Counted from the stretch's first letter, positions 30,525-40,602 are shown. The stretch is DNA of 64,000 bases from Clostridia bacterium (GCA_017556745.1 JAFYMF010000044.1:3784-67783); one strand, 5' to 3'. The notes: generated from the letters alone by a model not told the origin. Numbers and translations are program-made.

Positions 30525-31676
30525 TCACAGATTATTTATCCACTGAAAATTCTTTTCGTCCCGAACCCGTGTATTTCTCGGGCAGGTTTCAAGAATACGA
30601 ACTGCTTCTGTGAACTGCTTATTATCGCGAATCAGATCGTATATCGACTGTTTCATCTGATACAGGTAATCTTCCGGTGAGCCACACGCCCCCTGTCTGC
30701 CCATTTTCGATTCATCGTAAACCAAATGACTGACAAGATATGATGTATGTTCGGCATAGGGCGGGATTGATTCGTGCATTGCCGAAAATTCGGCGGTTTT
30801 CAGCCAGCATTTAGCCGATTTTTCGCCGTCGCCTTTCATCATGTATGTTTCCGCCATACGGGAGTACGATGCAGCCATATGCCATGCATAATCGAGATAA
30901 TCTCCATCCCGGAACAGACAGTTATAGATTGCAATCTGCATCTCATTCACGGCGATCCATGTGTCGTCATCACACTGCGGCATGCCTTTCGAATCTTCGA
31001 ACCATCTGCCGCACAGGTCAAGCACCTTTCTGTTGAACCACCAGAGCAGTTCCTGCATATTTTTCTGACGAAGTTCGATTCCTTTATCTGTGTCCGCAGG
31101 ATAGATGTCTTCCATCCACAGTTCCTGAGTGAAATTGAATCCGGATGGGATTTTCTTACGCATTTCTTCTCTCTCCTCAGGCTCGCAGACACAGCACAGG
31201 CTCTCGATAGCTCCATAACGATAGTCTTCCACTGTGCATCCTTCAAGAACCAGCTCAGCTACACGGCGGATTTCCGGCTTGCGCTCCTGCCAGTTCTCGT
31301 ACGTCACATCATACGACTGAAGTGCGGTTGTATAGAAATCCATCATTTTATAGGAATACGGATATCTTTTATAACCTTCTACCGCCATGGTAAGGGCTTT
31401 TGCTTCGTCTCCGAGACGTGCGGTCTCGCGGCAGTCAGCAATTAATTGGTCAATCATTGCATCGGTTTGGGTTTTATCATTCCCCAGAAGCTCATCTATG
31501 GTAACACCGAAATAATTCGCTATCACAGGTAAAGTATCAATATCGGGATAGGTTTCCGCGCGTTCCCATTTGGAAACGGTCTGCGGAGTAACACCCACGA
31601 ATTCTGCCAGTTTTTCCTGTGTGATGTCAGCGGTGCGGCGGAGCTTCTTGATATTTTCGCTGAAGTATTTTTTCAT
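30525..31676 (-). CDS. XRE-family HTH regulator with helical (TPR-like) C-terminus
   Basis: IKKLRR..ITQEKLAEFVGVTPQTVSKWE..YPDI..FGVTIDELLG. Confidence 0.85.
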   Translation of the reverse strand: MKKYFSENIKKLRRTADITQEKLAEFVGVTPQTVSKWERAETYPDIDTLPVIANYFGVTIDELLGNDKTQTDAMIDQLIADCRETARLGDEAKALTMAVEGYKRYPYSYKMMDFYTTALQSYDVTYENWQERKPEIRRVAELVLEGCTVEDYRYGAIESLCCVCEPEEREEMRKKIPSGFNFTQELWMEDIYPADTDKGIELRQKNMQELLWWFNRKVLDLCGRWFEDSKGMPQCDDDTWIAVNEMQIAIYNCLFRDGDYLDYAWHMAASYSRMAETYMMKGDGEKSAKCWLKTAEFSAMHESIPPYAEHTSYLVSHLVYDESKMGRQGACGSPEDYLYQMKQSIYDLIRDNKQFTEAVRILETCPRNTRVRDEKNFQWINNL

Positions 31677-31939
31677 TTTTTATCTCCGTGATATTTATTA
31701 CGGTACCGTTGTATTAAGTGTACATCATGATAAAGTGAAAATCAATAACGCGTTTGGCGGGGATTTTTCCCGTTCTTCGTTAGTTTTATAAGACTGTATG
31801 ATAATTGCATCATATCTCGTTTGCCATTCCGGGTACGAAGATAACACCCCACTGCCAATAACGGCGGTGAGGTGTTTGGATTTCCTATTCAGTTTCTGCT
31901 TTCCTGCATATTCTCACAAAACCCCCTCATCCCAGCGGC

Positions 31940-32488
31940 TTACAGTTTTTTCATCATCCAATCCGCGTCCGCATACGTACCGTCCGAATATCTCACATTG
32001 TCCGGAAAGGTACCGTATTTTTCAAACCCCAGACTTCTGTACAATGCGATCGCCCTTTTGTTATCCGAAATCACTTCCAGTTCCGCCTGTTCATATCCGG
32101 CTTCCTTCGCCGCTTCAAGAACTGCCTGCATCATTTTCCTGCCGATTCCGCAGCCGCAGTATTCCTGATACAGTGCAATGGCGATCCCGCAGCGATGGGC
32201 ATATCTTCTGTACGGTGCAATGCTCATCAGCGAACAGTTTCCGATGTGTTTCCCGTCAATGAAAGCGACAAGCATCAGTTCCCGTTCGTCCTCCGCTTTG
32301 CGTTCGATAAACGCTTTTTCCTGTTCGGGAGTTATGGTAATTTCGTCCGGTTCCCGGATCAGATACGGGGTTTCCGCCGATGTTATTCTGAGATATTCGA
32401 TCAAAGCGTCCGCATCCTCCGTTTCTGCTTTCCGCAGGAGAACTTCCCGCCCGAACTTATCTCTGAACTGTACCGATTCAAAATTCAT
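31940..32488 (-). CDS. GNAT acetyltransferase
   Basis: GIAIALYQEYCGCGIG, LEVISDNKRAIALYRSLGF. Confidence 0.9.
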   Translation of the reverse strand: MNFESVQFRDKFGREVLLRKAETEDADALIEYLRITSAETPYLIREPDEITITPEQEKAFIERKAEDERELMLVAFIDGKHIGNCSLMSIAPYRRYAHRCGIAIALYQEYCGCGIGRKMMQAVLEAAKEAGYEQAELEVISDNKRAIALYRSLGFEKYGTFPDNVRYSDGTYADADWMMKKL

Positions 32489-32744
32489 ATCTTGCTTTTT
32501 CCTTTCGTTTCAACCCAAAGTTCATTACAAATGTCCCGATCAGTGCCAGCGGAAGTGCGATGAACCTGTTGCGATAAACACGCTGACGGCATCGTATTTG
32601 GTGTCTCCTCCTGCCGGATGACTGATTTGTCGAAGTTTTGAACTATTATATACCAATCGCTGAAGAATGTCAATCATTGAAAACAGCCGGAGCAATTCCG
32701 TAATTCTGCAAGGTATATCTGTCAATTTAGGATGAATTACGGAT

Positions 32745-32766
32745 TTTATCAGTTATAACTGATAAA
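32745..32766. promoter_or_regulatory. 22-bp perfect palindrome, putative operator
   Basis: TTTATCAGTTATAACTGATAAA; partial repeat CAGTTATAA at 32790-32798; upstream of the AAA ATPase. Confidence 0.6.
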
Positions 32767-32844
32767 TTTACAATTCGATCATTGTATTTCAGTTATAAAT
32801 GGATTATACTATACTCAGCCACGAGAAAGGGGGACTAAAAAATT

Positions 32845-34059
32845 ATGATTAAACGCGAAATGTATATGAGCCGTATTCGTCCTTTCATCGGATCGGATCT
32901 TATAAAGGTCATGACCGGTATTCGCCGCTGCGGAAAGTCAGTTATGCTGGAACTGATCAAGCAGGAACTTACGGAATCCGGCATCAGCCCCGCTCAGTTT
33001 ATCTCCATCAATTTTGAGGATATGAACTATTCCCATCTGCAAACCGCTAAGGCACTGCATGATGAGATCACGAAGAGAGCTGCCGGCATAGAAGGCAAGG
33101 TATATCTGTTCTTCGATGAGATTCAGGAGGTCAGGGATTGGGAGAAATGTGTCAACTCCTTCCGTATTTCGCTGGACTGTGACATTTATATCACCGGTTC
33201 AAATGCCAAGCTGCTGTCCGGGGAGCTTGCAACCTATCTGGGGGGACGCTATGTCGAGTTTGTGATATACCCCTTTTCCTTTGCGGAGTTTATGAAGCTG
33301 TATCGCGGGGTTGCACCGGACGAGCCGGTTCAGAAATGTTTTCAGCAATACCTTTTATCCGGCGGTATGCCTTACCTTGCGAACATCCGATATGCAGATG
33401 CTCCGGCAAAGCAATACCTCCATGATCTCTTCAATTCCGTTCAGCTGAAGGATATTATGAAGCGAAACAAAATCAGAGATGTAGATTTGCTTGAGCGTAT
33501 AATCGCCTATGTTATGGCAAATGTGGGCAATACCTTCTCCGCAACCTCTCTTGCAAAGTTTCTGAAAAGTGAACAGCGTGCCGTAGCACCGGAGACTATC
33601 CTGAACTACATCAAATATTGCTGTGATGCCTATCTGTTCTATCAGGTGAAGCGTGAGGATTTGCAGGGCAAACAGATTCTTGCATCGAATGAGAAATATT
33701 ACATTGCGGATCACGGCATCCGGGAAGCTGTTTACGGAGGCAACACACGAGACATCAACCTTATTCTTGAGAATATCGTTTATCTGGAACTGATGCGCAG
33801 AGGTTATAAGGTTACTGTTGGCAAAACCGGAGACCTTGAGATTGACTTCGTATGCGAGAATCGGGGAGAGAAGCTGTATGTTCAGGTTGCTTATCTGCTG
33901 GCAGCGGAAGAAACAATTGCCCGTGAGTTTGGAGCGTATGACAGCATCCAGGATAACTTCCCCAAGTATGTCGTTTCTCTGGATGAGTTTGATATGAGCC
34001 GCAACGGCATCAAGCACCGGAACCTCCGTGATTTCCTCCTGATGGAGGAGTGGAACTGA
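32845..34059 (+). CDS. AAA_14 ATPase with DUF4143 domain
   Basis: TGIRRCGKS, INFED, FFDEIQ, ITGSNA, YIADHG, LENIVYLEL, EIDFV, YVQV. Confidence 0.9.
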   Translation: MIKREMYMSRIRPFIGSDLIKVMTGIRRCGKSVMLELIKQELTESGISPAQFISINFEDMNYSHLQTAKALHDEITKRAAGIEGKVYLFFDEIQEVRDWEKCVNSFRISLDCDIYITGSNAKLLSGELATYLGGRYVEFVIYPFSFAEFMKLYRGVAPDEPVQKCFQQYLLSGGMPYLANIRYADAPAKQYLHDLFNSVQLKDIMKRNKIRDVDLLERIIAYVMANVGNTFSATSLAKFLKSEQRAVAPETILNYIKYCCDAYLFYQVKREDLQGKQILASNEKYYIADHGIREAVYGGNTRDINLILENIVYLELMRRGYKVTVGKTGDLEIDFVCENRGEKLYVQVAYLLAAEETIAREFGAYDSIQDNFPKYVVSLDEFDMSRNGIKHRNLRDFLLMEEWN

Positions 34060-34330
34060 AGATATTCCAATAATGACATTCTAATAGAAGCAAAAGAAAT
34101 TTTAGACGCATTCAACACTCTAAAGCAAAACTGTTAATTTTCAGGAACAACAGGTTACAATCATGTGAACTGAAAAAGCGGATAGAGTAAAAACGCTGCA
34201 TTACGCACAACCCCTCCATCCCGCAGTTTTCCCGCAAATTCTCACAAACTGCGTACAATCCCGCAAAAATCCCCGAAAATCCGCGTTTTTCAGGGACGAT
34301 GCGGGACGAAACGGGACACCATGCCATTTG

Positions 34331-34386
34331 CTCGAAATGTCGTGTACAGAAATGCACCTAGGGTTCGAATCCCTCTCTCTGCGCCA
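34331..34386 (+). pseudogene. Orphan tRNA-Ser 3' half (att-like)
   Basis: CTCGAAA loop + variable-arm remnant + T arm + acceptor 3' strand + CCA; followed by AGACCGCAATT/AATTGCGGTCT hairpin. Confidence 0.85.
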
Positions 34387-34469
34387 AACAGACCGCAATT
34401 CTCACGAATTGCGGTCTTAATTTTGTTTTGTAAACAGTTTGATCAATAAGAATTTACAGGTGTATCAAT

Positions 34470-34930
34470 ATAAAAATAAGATTATTCAAGCAAGAAGATG
34501 CCCCAGAAGTGGCACAACCTGTTACCGAAACCTTGAGGGTAAGTAATAGCAAAGACTATTCTTCTGAGTATATAAATGGTAACATTACTTCGCATTCAGC
34601 AGGAGTATTGATTGAACGTGCCAAAGAAGGACAAATGTACGTTGTTTGCGATAAATCAATAATCGTTGGGTATGGTGCAATTGCCGGATATTGGTGAGGT
34701 ACACCTGAAAGTATTCTTTTGACAATTTTTGTGTTGCCCGAATATCAAGGAAATGGAATAGGAAAACAGATTATACATACGCTCGAACAAGATGAATTCT
34801 TTTTGAAAGCAAAAAGAATAGAGATACCTGCTTCAATTACAACTGTGGAGTTCTATCGTAAAATGGAATATGACTATAAGAACGGGGGGGCAGAATTGGA
34901 CGATAAGCAGATTTATCGTTTGGAAAAATT
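34470..34930 (+). pseudogene. GNAT acetyltransferase pseudogene
   Basis: IRLFKQEDA..SNSKDY..GYW*GTPESILLTIFVLPEYQGNGIG; no start codon and an in-frame TGA at 34695. Confidence 0.75.
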
Positions 34931-34946
34931 AGATAAATTCAAGTTT

Positions 34947-35453
34947 ATGAAGAGATATATTGCAAACATCATTACAGGGAGTAGAGTTGTATTTAGTTTA
35001 CCTCTTCTGTTCATTCCTATATCATCGGTATGGTTTTACATACTCTATCTTTTTTGTGGACTTACCGATATGATTGATGGAACGATAGCAAGAAAGGCCG
35101 GAGCGGTTAGTAAATTTGGAGCAAGACTTGATACAGTTGCTGACTTTGTATTTATGTTCGTAGGTTGGGGAAAGATAAGCCCCCTAATGTACATACCTGT
35201 GTGGCTATGGGTGTGGATTATCATTATTGCGTTGATTAAGATATTTAATATTGCGTTAGTTTTTATTTACAAGAAAAAACTAATATCAATACATAGCGTG
35301 TTAAATAAAACAACGGGATTGGCTTTGTTCCTTTTGCCGTTGTCGATAACTTTTGTCGAAACAGCTTATAGCGTTACTACAATATGTGTGTTTGCAACCA
35401 TTGCGGTAATGCAAGAAGTTTATTTTATTGCGAAAGGGAAAGAGGTCTTATAG
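34947..35453 (+). CDS. CDP-alcohol phosphatidyltransferase family protein
   Basis: ANIITGSR, TDMIDGTIARK..SKFGARLDTVAD; no clear RBS, in frame with the upstream GNAT remnant. Confidence 0.82.
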   Translation: MKRYIANIITGSRVVFSLPLLFIPISSVWFYILYLFCGLTDMIDGTIARKAGAVSKFGARLDTVADFVFMFVGWGKISPLMYIPVWLWVWIIIIALIKIFNIALVFIYKKKLISIHSVLNKTTGLALFLLPLSITFVETAYSVTTICVFATIAVMQEVYFIAKGKEVL

Positions 35454-35530
35454 TCAAATCCCAATTTTTCGAACAGTTTGAAATTATCAAAGGGGTACTC
35501 GATTTGGTCACCCCTTTCGCTATTCCTTCC

Positions 35531-35711
35531 TTATCTCAATGCTTTACTCATCGCGGCGCCGGTGTCTGCTTTGCTGACGGCATCGAGGTGGCTATAGATG
35601 TTGGCGGTGGTGCTCATATCGCTATGCCCGAGCCATTCCTGAATCTGCTTCATGGATACGCCCTTCTCCAGCAACGCCGAGGCACAGGAGCGACGTAGGT
35701 CGTGGGAACCT
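35531..35711 (-). pseudogene. Tyrosine integrase C-terminal fragment 1
   Basis: HDLRRSCAS.LL..GVSMKQIQEWLGHSD.STTANIYSH. Confidence 0.9.
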
Positions 35712-35892
35712 GTCTTTTTCAAATTATGCTTTTCAATTTGTTATTTCACTCATCAATAACATCCCCTGCTTTTAACAAGAGTCAAAATCAACCACAAGTT
35801 GTGCGAATTTTATTTCTGTTATCCAAACGCTATCTTTATAGTCGTTTTTTGATATGATATACTATACACAAGATGAAGAGGAGGTTGAATCT

Positions 35893-36771
35893 ATGTATTT
35901 AAATCAAAACATCGCATATTATCGCAAGCTTTGCGGATATACACAGGAACAGTTAGCGGAACGACTCAGTGTGACGGCTCAGTCGGTATCAAAATGGGAA
36001 AACGAGATTTCTAATCCTGATATTTCTATCTTACGGGACTTAGCAAAAGTACTTGGAGTTGACATCAATTCGCTTTTTGAAGAAACGCCAAACGCACTAA
36101 AGGGAATTAAGTTATCTGAACTTTCAAATCTTTGCTATGATGCTCTTATTTCTCTCTTTGTTAAAGCTCAGTTTACGTTTTACCATAGTGAGAAAAACGT
36201 TTTACCTAGCGAAACACTCAATAAACGGATTGAAGCATTAAAAAAAGAATTTGACTTTCCACTACCAAAATGCGCTTACATTATAGATGAAGGTGAACCT
36301 GAACACAGTTCTGTTTTTCTTTCCGATGCATTTTCTTTCATCGATCGCAGTTATGGTGGCCCGGATTCTGCCTTGCTTTTTGATCTTGATAAAGCGGGAG
36401 AACTATTATCTGTCTTAGGAGATAAAAATGCACGTAAGGTTTTGAAAACTATTTATGAAAAATTAATTTCAGAGGGAGAAAACGCAACATCCTTTTCACC
36501 TCAAATGCTTTCAAAAGTCACTTTATTGACAGAGGATGCCATTAGCGATGCTGCCATAAAGTTGCGACACGTAGGATTGCTCGATGAAGTTGAAAGGATT
36601 CAACAGGATGGATTCAAGAAAGAATACTGTGCTTTGTACCCAACGGATTTTATTTTTGTGATTTCTATACTTCGACTTGCCTATATACACACATCGAATA
36701 TGACAAGTGTTCAGCTAATGTATAGGGATGCCAAAAATCAACTCAATAATTACAATAGTGATGCAATTTAA
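35893..36771 (+). CDS. XRE-family HTH regulator
   Basis: IAYYRK..YTQEQLAERLSVTAQSVSKWEN..PDI; possible C-terminal winged helix. Confidence 0.85.
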   Translation: MYLNQNIAYYRKLCGYTQEQLAERLSVTAQSVSKWENEISNPDISILRDLAKVLGVDINSLFEETPNALKGIKLSELSNLCYDALISLFVKAQFTFYHSEKNVLPSETLNKRIEALKKEFDFPLPKCAYIIDEGEPEHSSVFLSDAFSFIDRSYGGPDSALLFDLDKAGELLSVLGDKNARKVLKTIYEKLISEGENATSFSPQMLSKVTLLTEDAISDAAIKLRHVGLLDEVERIQQDGFKKEYCALYPTDFIFVISILRLAYIHTSNMTSVQLMYRDAKNQLNNYNSDAI

Positions 36772-36826
36772 CTCATACAAGTTAAGACCGCCTCGATTGC
36801 TCGAAGCGGTCTTCTTTATTATTCGG

Positions 36827-36901
36827 TTACCCTAACGCCTTACTCATCGCTGTATTACTCTTCGCTTTCGTCACCGAATCAAGGGGTACGTAAATATTGG
36901 A
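36827..36901 (-). pseudogene. Tyrosine integrase C-terminal fragment 2 (not in ORF track)
   Basis: Translates SNIYVPLDSVTKAKSNTAMSKALG*, colinear with ANIYSHLDAVSKADTGAAMSKALR* of fragment 1. Confidence 0.75.
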
Positions 36902-37036
36902 CTATCAAACAAATTATCAACCTCTGTCTGAACGTAATTCTTTATAAAGGGATTGCGGTTTTTACTTTTTTTATGGTATAATTAAGTTTATAAGTATCTA
37001 AAGATTTTATATAAACCACGCAAGCAGAGGTATGCT

Positions 37037-37918
37037 ATGAACATAACAAGAGAACTTGATCTGGCTATCAAATTAGCAGAAGCAAAGACTACCGAGGGTG
37101 GATACCTTATCGGTGACAAAAAAATAGATACATATATGACAAATAGTGAGTGGAAAGAGTTTAAAAGCTCGATGCTCCCGTCAGCACTCAAGGAATACGA
37201 AGCAGGAAAAGGAGGCAAGCTTTCCGAGAAAAACGGATGTCCGCCCGAAATGGCATCATACGGATCATCCGGCAGAATGATTTATATGCTCTCCCGTCAC
37301 AAGGAAGATTTCCACTATGAGAAAATGCTTTATACTACCGTGGGTGGAACAACAACTATCGACGGTTTCTATGACGAGGAATACCGTTACGTATTTGTCG
37401 AGGCGAAATGTCACGAGCCTTATACCGTAAAGAACTCATCAGTCAGCATAGCCTATGAGAAGCTATATAATTATATCAACACATATATGCCGGAAAATCT
37501 GATGATCGAAATGTCACCGAGCTCAGATAATGGCTACATGGAAGCTGTATTCCATGCAGACGGAGAGGTACTGGAGCATTTTGACTTAAAGCAAATGATC
37601 TGCCATCTTTTAGGCATCGCAACAGGAATACTCAAGGGAGAACTGGAAAACAGACAGATAGACTTTATCTATCTGCTCTTTGATCCCACCGAGCTTGATA
37701 TTCGTCCCGAGGCAAAGGATACTATCGACTCAATATACGAAAGAACCTGTTATGAGTGTAATCTCGTTGATTTTGCCACCTTGTTACAGGTGATTTTTGC
37801 CTTTCTGAGAGAAGAAAAATTTGGTGATACCATTTCTGACGAGGGTATTTACGACATCATATGCAAATTCACCTTTTCACTTGCTTCACAGGATTTTTAT
37901 CCTATTCTTCTGCAGTAA
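37037..37918 (+). CDS. Hypothetical protein, possible PD-(D/E)xK nuclease fold
   Basis: MASYGSS, FHYEK, TIDG..VFVEAKCHE, KQMICHLLG. Confidence 0.55.
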   Translation: MNITRELDLAIKLAEAKTTEGGYLIGDKKIDTYMTNSEWKEFKSSMLPSALKEYEAGKGGKLSEKNGCPPEMASYGSSGRMIYMLSRHKEDFHYEKMLYTTVGGTTTIDGFYDEEYRYVFVEAKCHEPYTVKNSSVSIAYEKLYNYINTYMPENLMIEMSPSSDNGYMEAVFHADGEVLEHFDLKQMICHLLGIATGILKGELENRQIDFIYLLFDPTELDIRPEAKDTIDSIYERTCYECNLVDFATLLQVIFAFLREEKFGDTISDEGIYDIICKFTFSLASQDFYPILLQ

Positions 37919-37964
37919 AAAATCAGGACTTTATAATTGAATCTTGTCTATTAACTATAAAAAT

Positions 37965-38002
37965 CAAATCCCAAAGCAGAGGCTTTGGGATTTGCTTTTT
38001 TT
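37965..38002. terminator. Bidirectional terminator
   Basis: CAAATCCCAAAGC-AGAG-GCTTTGGGATTTG. Confidence 0.8.
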
Positions 38003-38016
38003 CATTCTTTGCGCTG

Positions 38017-40602
38017 TTATTCTACAAGAATACCCGCAAAGATATTGTCGTACATGGTAGCTTTTTCGTTAACAAGATGATCTATTTCATATGACTCGTA
38101 TTTTCCGATACAAATATTATGGTGGAACACCTGATAATCCTCAGGAACACCTCTGAGCCAATATGGTGTTTTTTCAGTAAGAATGGTATTGTTATACATC
38201 TCACAATATGTTCCGGCTATATTAGTTCCATCACCGCGATCTTCTCCTCCGTGTATATCAAATGGGTACATCAAACAATTACCCATTTCTATATTATACC
38301 TTGCAATATAACCGGTAACCGGAGCTCCGGTGGCAGCAACAGAATGCCTGTTATAATTAAACAGACAGTACTCTACGATAGATTCAGCTCCATTTTGATG
38401 GCATATACCATAACCCAGACCTTTAGCTTGATTATGGTGTATATAACAGTGATCTATTCTTACCCCTTTGATTCCACCGGGAACATTTATACCCGTACTA
38501 CCAAATCCGAACACTTCACAATTGTCTATTCGCACGTTATTTCCCGCAGATATTCCGTACTGTCTCGGTAAATTATAGTACGAACTCTCAATACCGTGTT
38601 TCCCTCCTCCATGGCTTCTTGCATGATGTTCAATATGAGTGTATGGATTTCTACCGTTAACTACAAGTCCCGTAACACGTGAATCATCCCCGGCTGTGAT
38701 AATACCCGATCCACAGGCAGCTATACTCCAAAGAACAGCACCTGTACTACAGTTGCCATTTTCATCTATATAACCGCGATTTGAAGCAAGAGTTACACCT
38801 TTTGCAATAGAAATGGTATTTGCGGACGTAACGTCTATATTTGCGTGACCCTCAACAAAGATAACTTCTCCGCTTTTTGCTTTTTTTGCAGCGTCTAACA
38901 GCTCCTCAAAAGTATCGACCACGTAGTCACCTGTTGTGAATATTTCACTGTACCCTACCCCACCACCGATGGGATCCATTCCCTCCTCGAGATATGCACC
39001 GTATTTAACACCGTCAATATCCTGTGAAAACACACCGTTCTGTTTATAATATTCAGAGAAACATCCAAGCTCCGCTATCGCATCATCCAAAAATGACCTT
39101 GCCGTTTCGCTTTCGCCTTTATTTATGTTTTCTGCAAAGCCGTTTATTTTCTCCATGACTTTATCATGGTCGCCGAGACCTCCGACCGTAACTATTTCCG
39201 GAATATAGTCATATCCGTAATCAACCGTTTCTGCGGGGTATACCTCAACCTGAATATTTATCAGTTTTGTTTCGGAATCTTCTTCTCCCAATGTCATAAG
39301 ATACGGTTCTTTTATATTAAACACATTATTTGTAAATGAAGCTAACGCCTTAACAGCATCGTACTCTTCACCTTTACCGTAAAATGCTTCTATACTGTAC
39401 TGATGTTCATTAAGAGAAAAGAGATTATTTTCTACAGTGTATTCTCGAGGGACCCCCTCAAGGAATATCGGCTGAGTATATCCGAGAACGGTATTATTCT
39501 TAATAATCGCAGACGCACCTGCCGCAACGCGGAACATCGATTCAATAGAGTTACCGACTTCAATATTATTTGTTGCTTCAAGAAAAGCATTTTCCCTCAC
39601 AGCCACACCATTTCTGCAGTTTGAGAACAAACTGTTCTCAACTTTGACGCTACCACCCGACACAAGAATTCCGTTACCGGCATTATTTCCTCTTATATGA
39701 TGTATGTAACAGTCGTGTATATATGCATCCCCATCCGATACAATAATTCCGGCACCGGTAAACCCGGAAATTTCACAGTTATCTATCTCTATACCGGTAC
39801 CGTTAAGTTCAATACCGTTAGACTCGGTGTAATTATCTATCCCATCGTGTGTGGTAGCATCCGGTCCTTCAATAATAACACCTGTTATACGTACATTTGA
39901 AGATACCTCAAATATTTTGGCAGCTTCCGTTGAAAATTTGAGCACACCGCCTCCCCAATTGTTATATCCTCTGCCTGAAGCAATGGTGACCCCATCCGGA
40001 ATAACAAGATCAGGATAATTGGTTATCTTAAGATCTGATAAGTCTATCTCTACATTAGGTAAAATGTAAAGGATATCCCCCGTCTTAGCAATACTTACAT
40101 AATGATAAAAATCATTATCCTCCATAATAAGATAAACACCGAGAGTGTTACCTGTTTGAGGATATTTTTTTCCACCACCGATAGCCCAGTCATTTACTGA
40201 ACTTGCGCCGTAAACAGCACCATCCTCAGCTGTAATGAAAGCATTACCCTCATAGTCGTAGTAATAACCGAGCTGCTCCAGCTCCCGTCTTACACTTTCG
40301 ATTTCTGACAAAAGAGTTTTCTCGGTAAGTATACCGTTTTCCATACCGTACTTGATATTCATTAGCTTTTCCAAAAGCACGGAAGAATCAGGGTAATAAC
40401 TTTTACATGTTACCGAGATTCTCTCTGTCATATTCAATACTTCGAGAATAACATCCGGTGTCTTATTATTTCCCGTCACCTCAACATCTTCAGTGACATC
40501 GTCATCAACAATCCTGACATCGCCGCTATCACACCCACTGAGCATAAAACCAATAAGGTAAAGTAACGCCACAGTAAAGAATACTACAAACTTTTTATTC
40601 AT
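38017..40602 (-). CDS. Lipoprotein with two right-handed beta-helix modules
   Basis: Lipobox LSGC; duplicated GVT(I/L)AS.RG, IDNCE..GF..GI, DCYIHH motifs. Confidence 0.75.
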   Translation of the reverse strand: MNKKFVVFFTVALLYLIGFMLSGCDSGDVRIVDDDVTEDVEVTGNNKTPDVILEVLNMTERISVTCKSYYPDSSVLLEKLMNIKYGMENGILTEKTLLSEIESVRRELEQLGYYYDYEGNAFITAEDGAVYGASSVNDWAIGGGKKYPQTGNTLGVYLIMEDNDFYHYVSIAKTGDILYILPNVEIDLSDLKITNYPDLVIPDGVTIASGRGYNNWGGGVLKFSTEAAKIFEVSSNVRITGVIIEGPDATTHDGIDNYTESNGIELNGTGIEIDNCEISGFTGAGIIVSDGDAYIHDCYIHHIRGNNAGNGILVSGGSVKVENSLFSNCRNGVAVRENAFLEATNNIEVGNSIESMFRVAAGASAIIKNNTVLGYTQPIFLEGVPREYTVENNLFSLNEHQYSIEAFYGKGEEYDAVKALASFTNNVFNIKEPYLMTLGEEDSETKLINIQVEVYPAETVDYGYDYIPEIVTVGGLGDHDKVMEKINGFAENINKGESETARSFLDDAIAELGCFSEYYKQNGVFSQDIDGVKYGAYLEEGMDPIGGGVGYSEIFTTGDYVVDTFEELLDAAKKAKSGEVIFVEGHANIDVTSANTISIAKGVTLASNRGYIDENGNCSTGAVLWSIAACGSGIITAGDDSRVTGLVVNGRNPYTHIEHHARSHGGGKHGIESSYYNLPRQYGISAGNNVRIDNCEVFGFGSTGINVPGGIKGVRIDHCYIHHNQAKGLGYGICHQNGAESIVEYCLFNYNRHSVAATGAPVTGYIARYNIEMGNCLMYPFDIHGGEDRGDGTNIAGTYCEMYNNTILTEKTPYWLRGVPEDYQVFHHNICIGKYESYEIDHLVNEKATMYDNIFAGILVE

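Larger units (their letters stand above)
28085..34386. mobile_element. Decayed genomic island at tRNA-Ser
   Basis: Bounded by a 27-bp direct repeat AGGGTTCGAATCCCTCTCTCTGCGCCA (28058-28084, 34360-34386); pseudogene-rich cargo; no integrase inside. Confidence 0.8.

Noticed and set aside
34695-34697. TGA read-through (Sec or alternative code) in the GNAT gene
   Set aside because: The gene also lacks a start codon, lies among pseudogenes, and TGA is used as a normal stop elsewhere in the window
34719-35453. Genuine GNAT-CDP-alcohol transferase fusion protein
   Set aside because: The GNAT part is a broken remnant; the fusion is better explained as a junction accident
28085-37918. Intact prophage or ICE
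   Set aside because: No full integrase, structural, relaxase or conjugation genes
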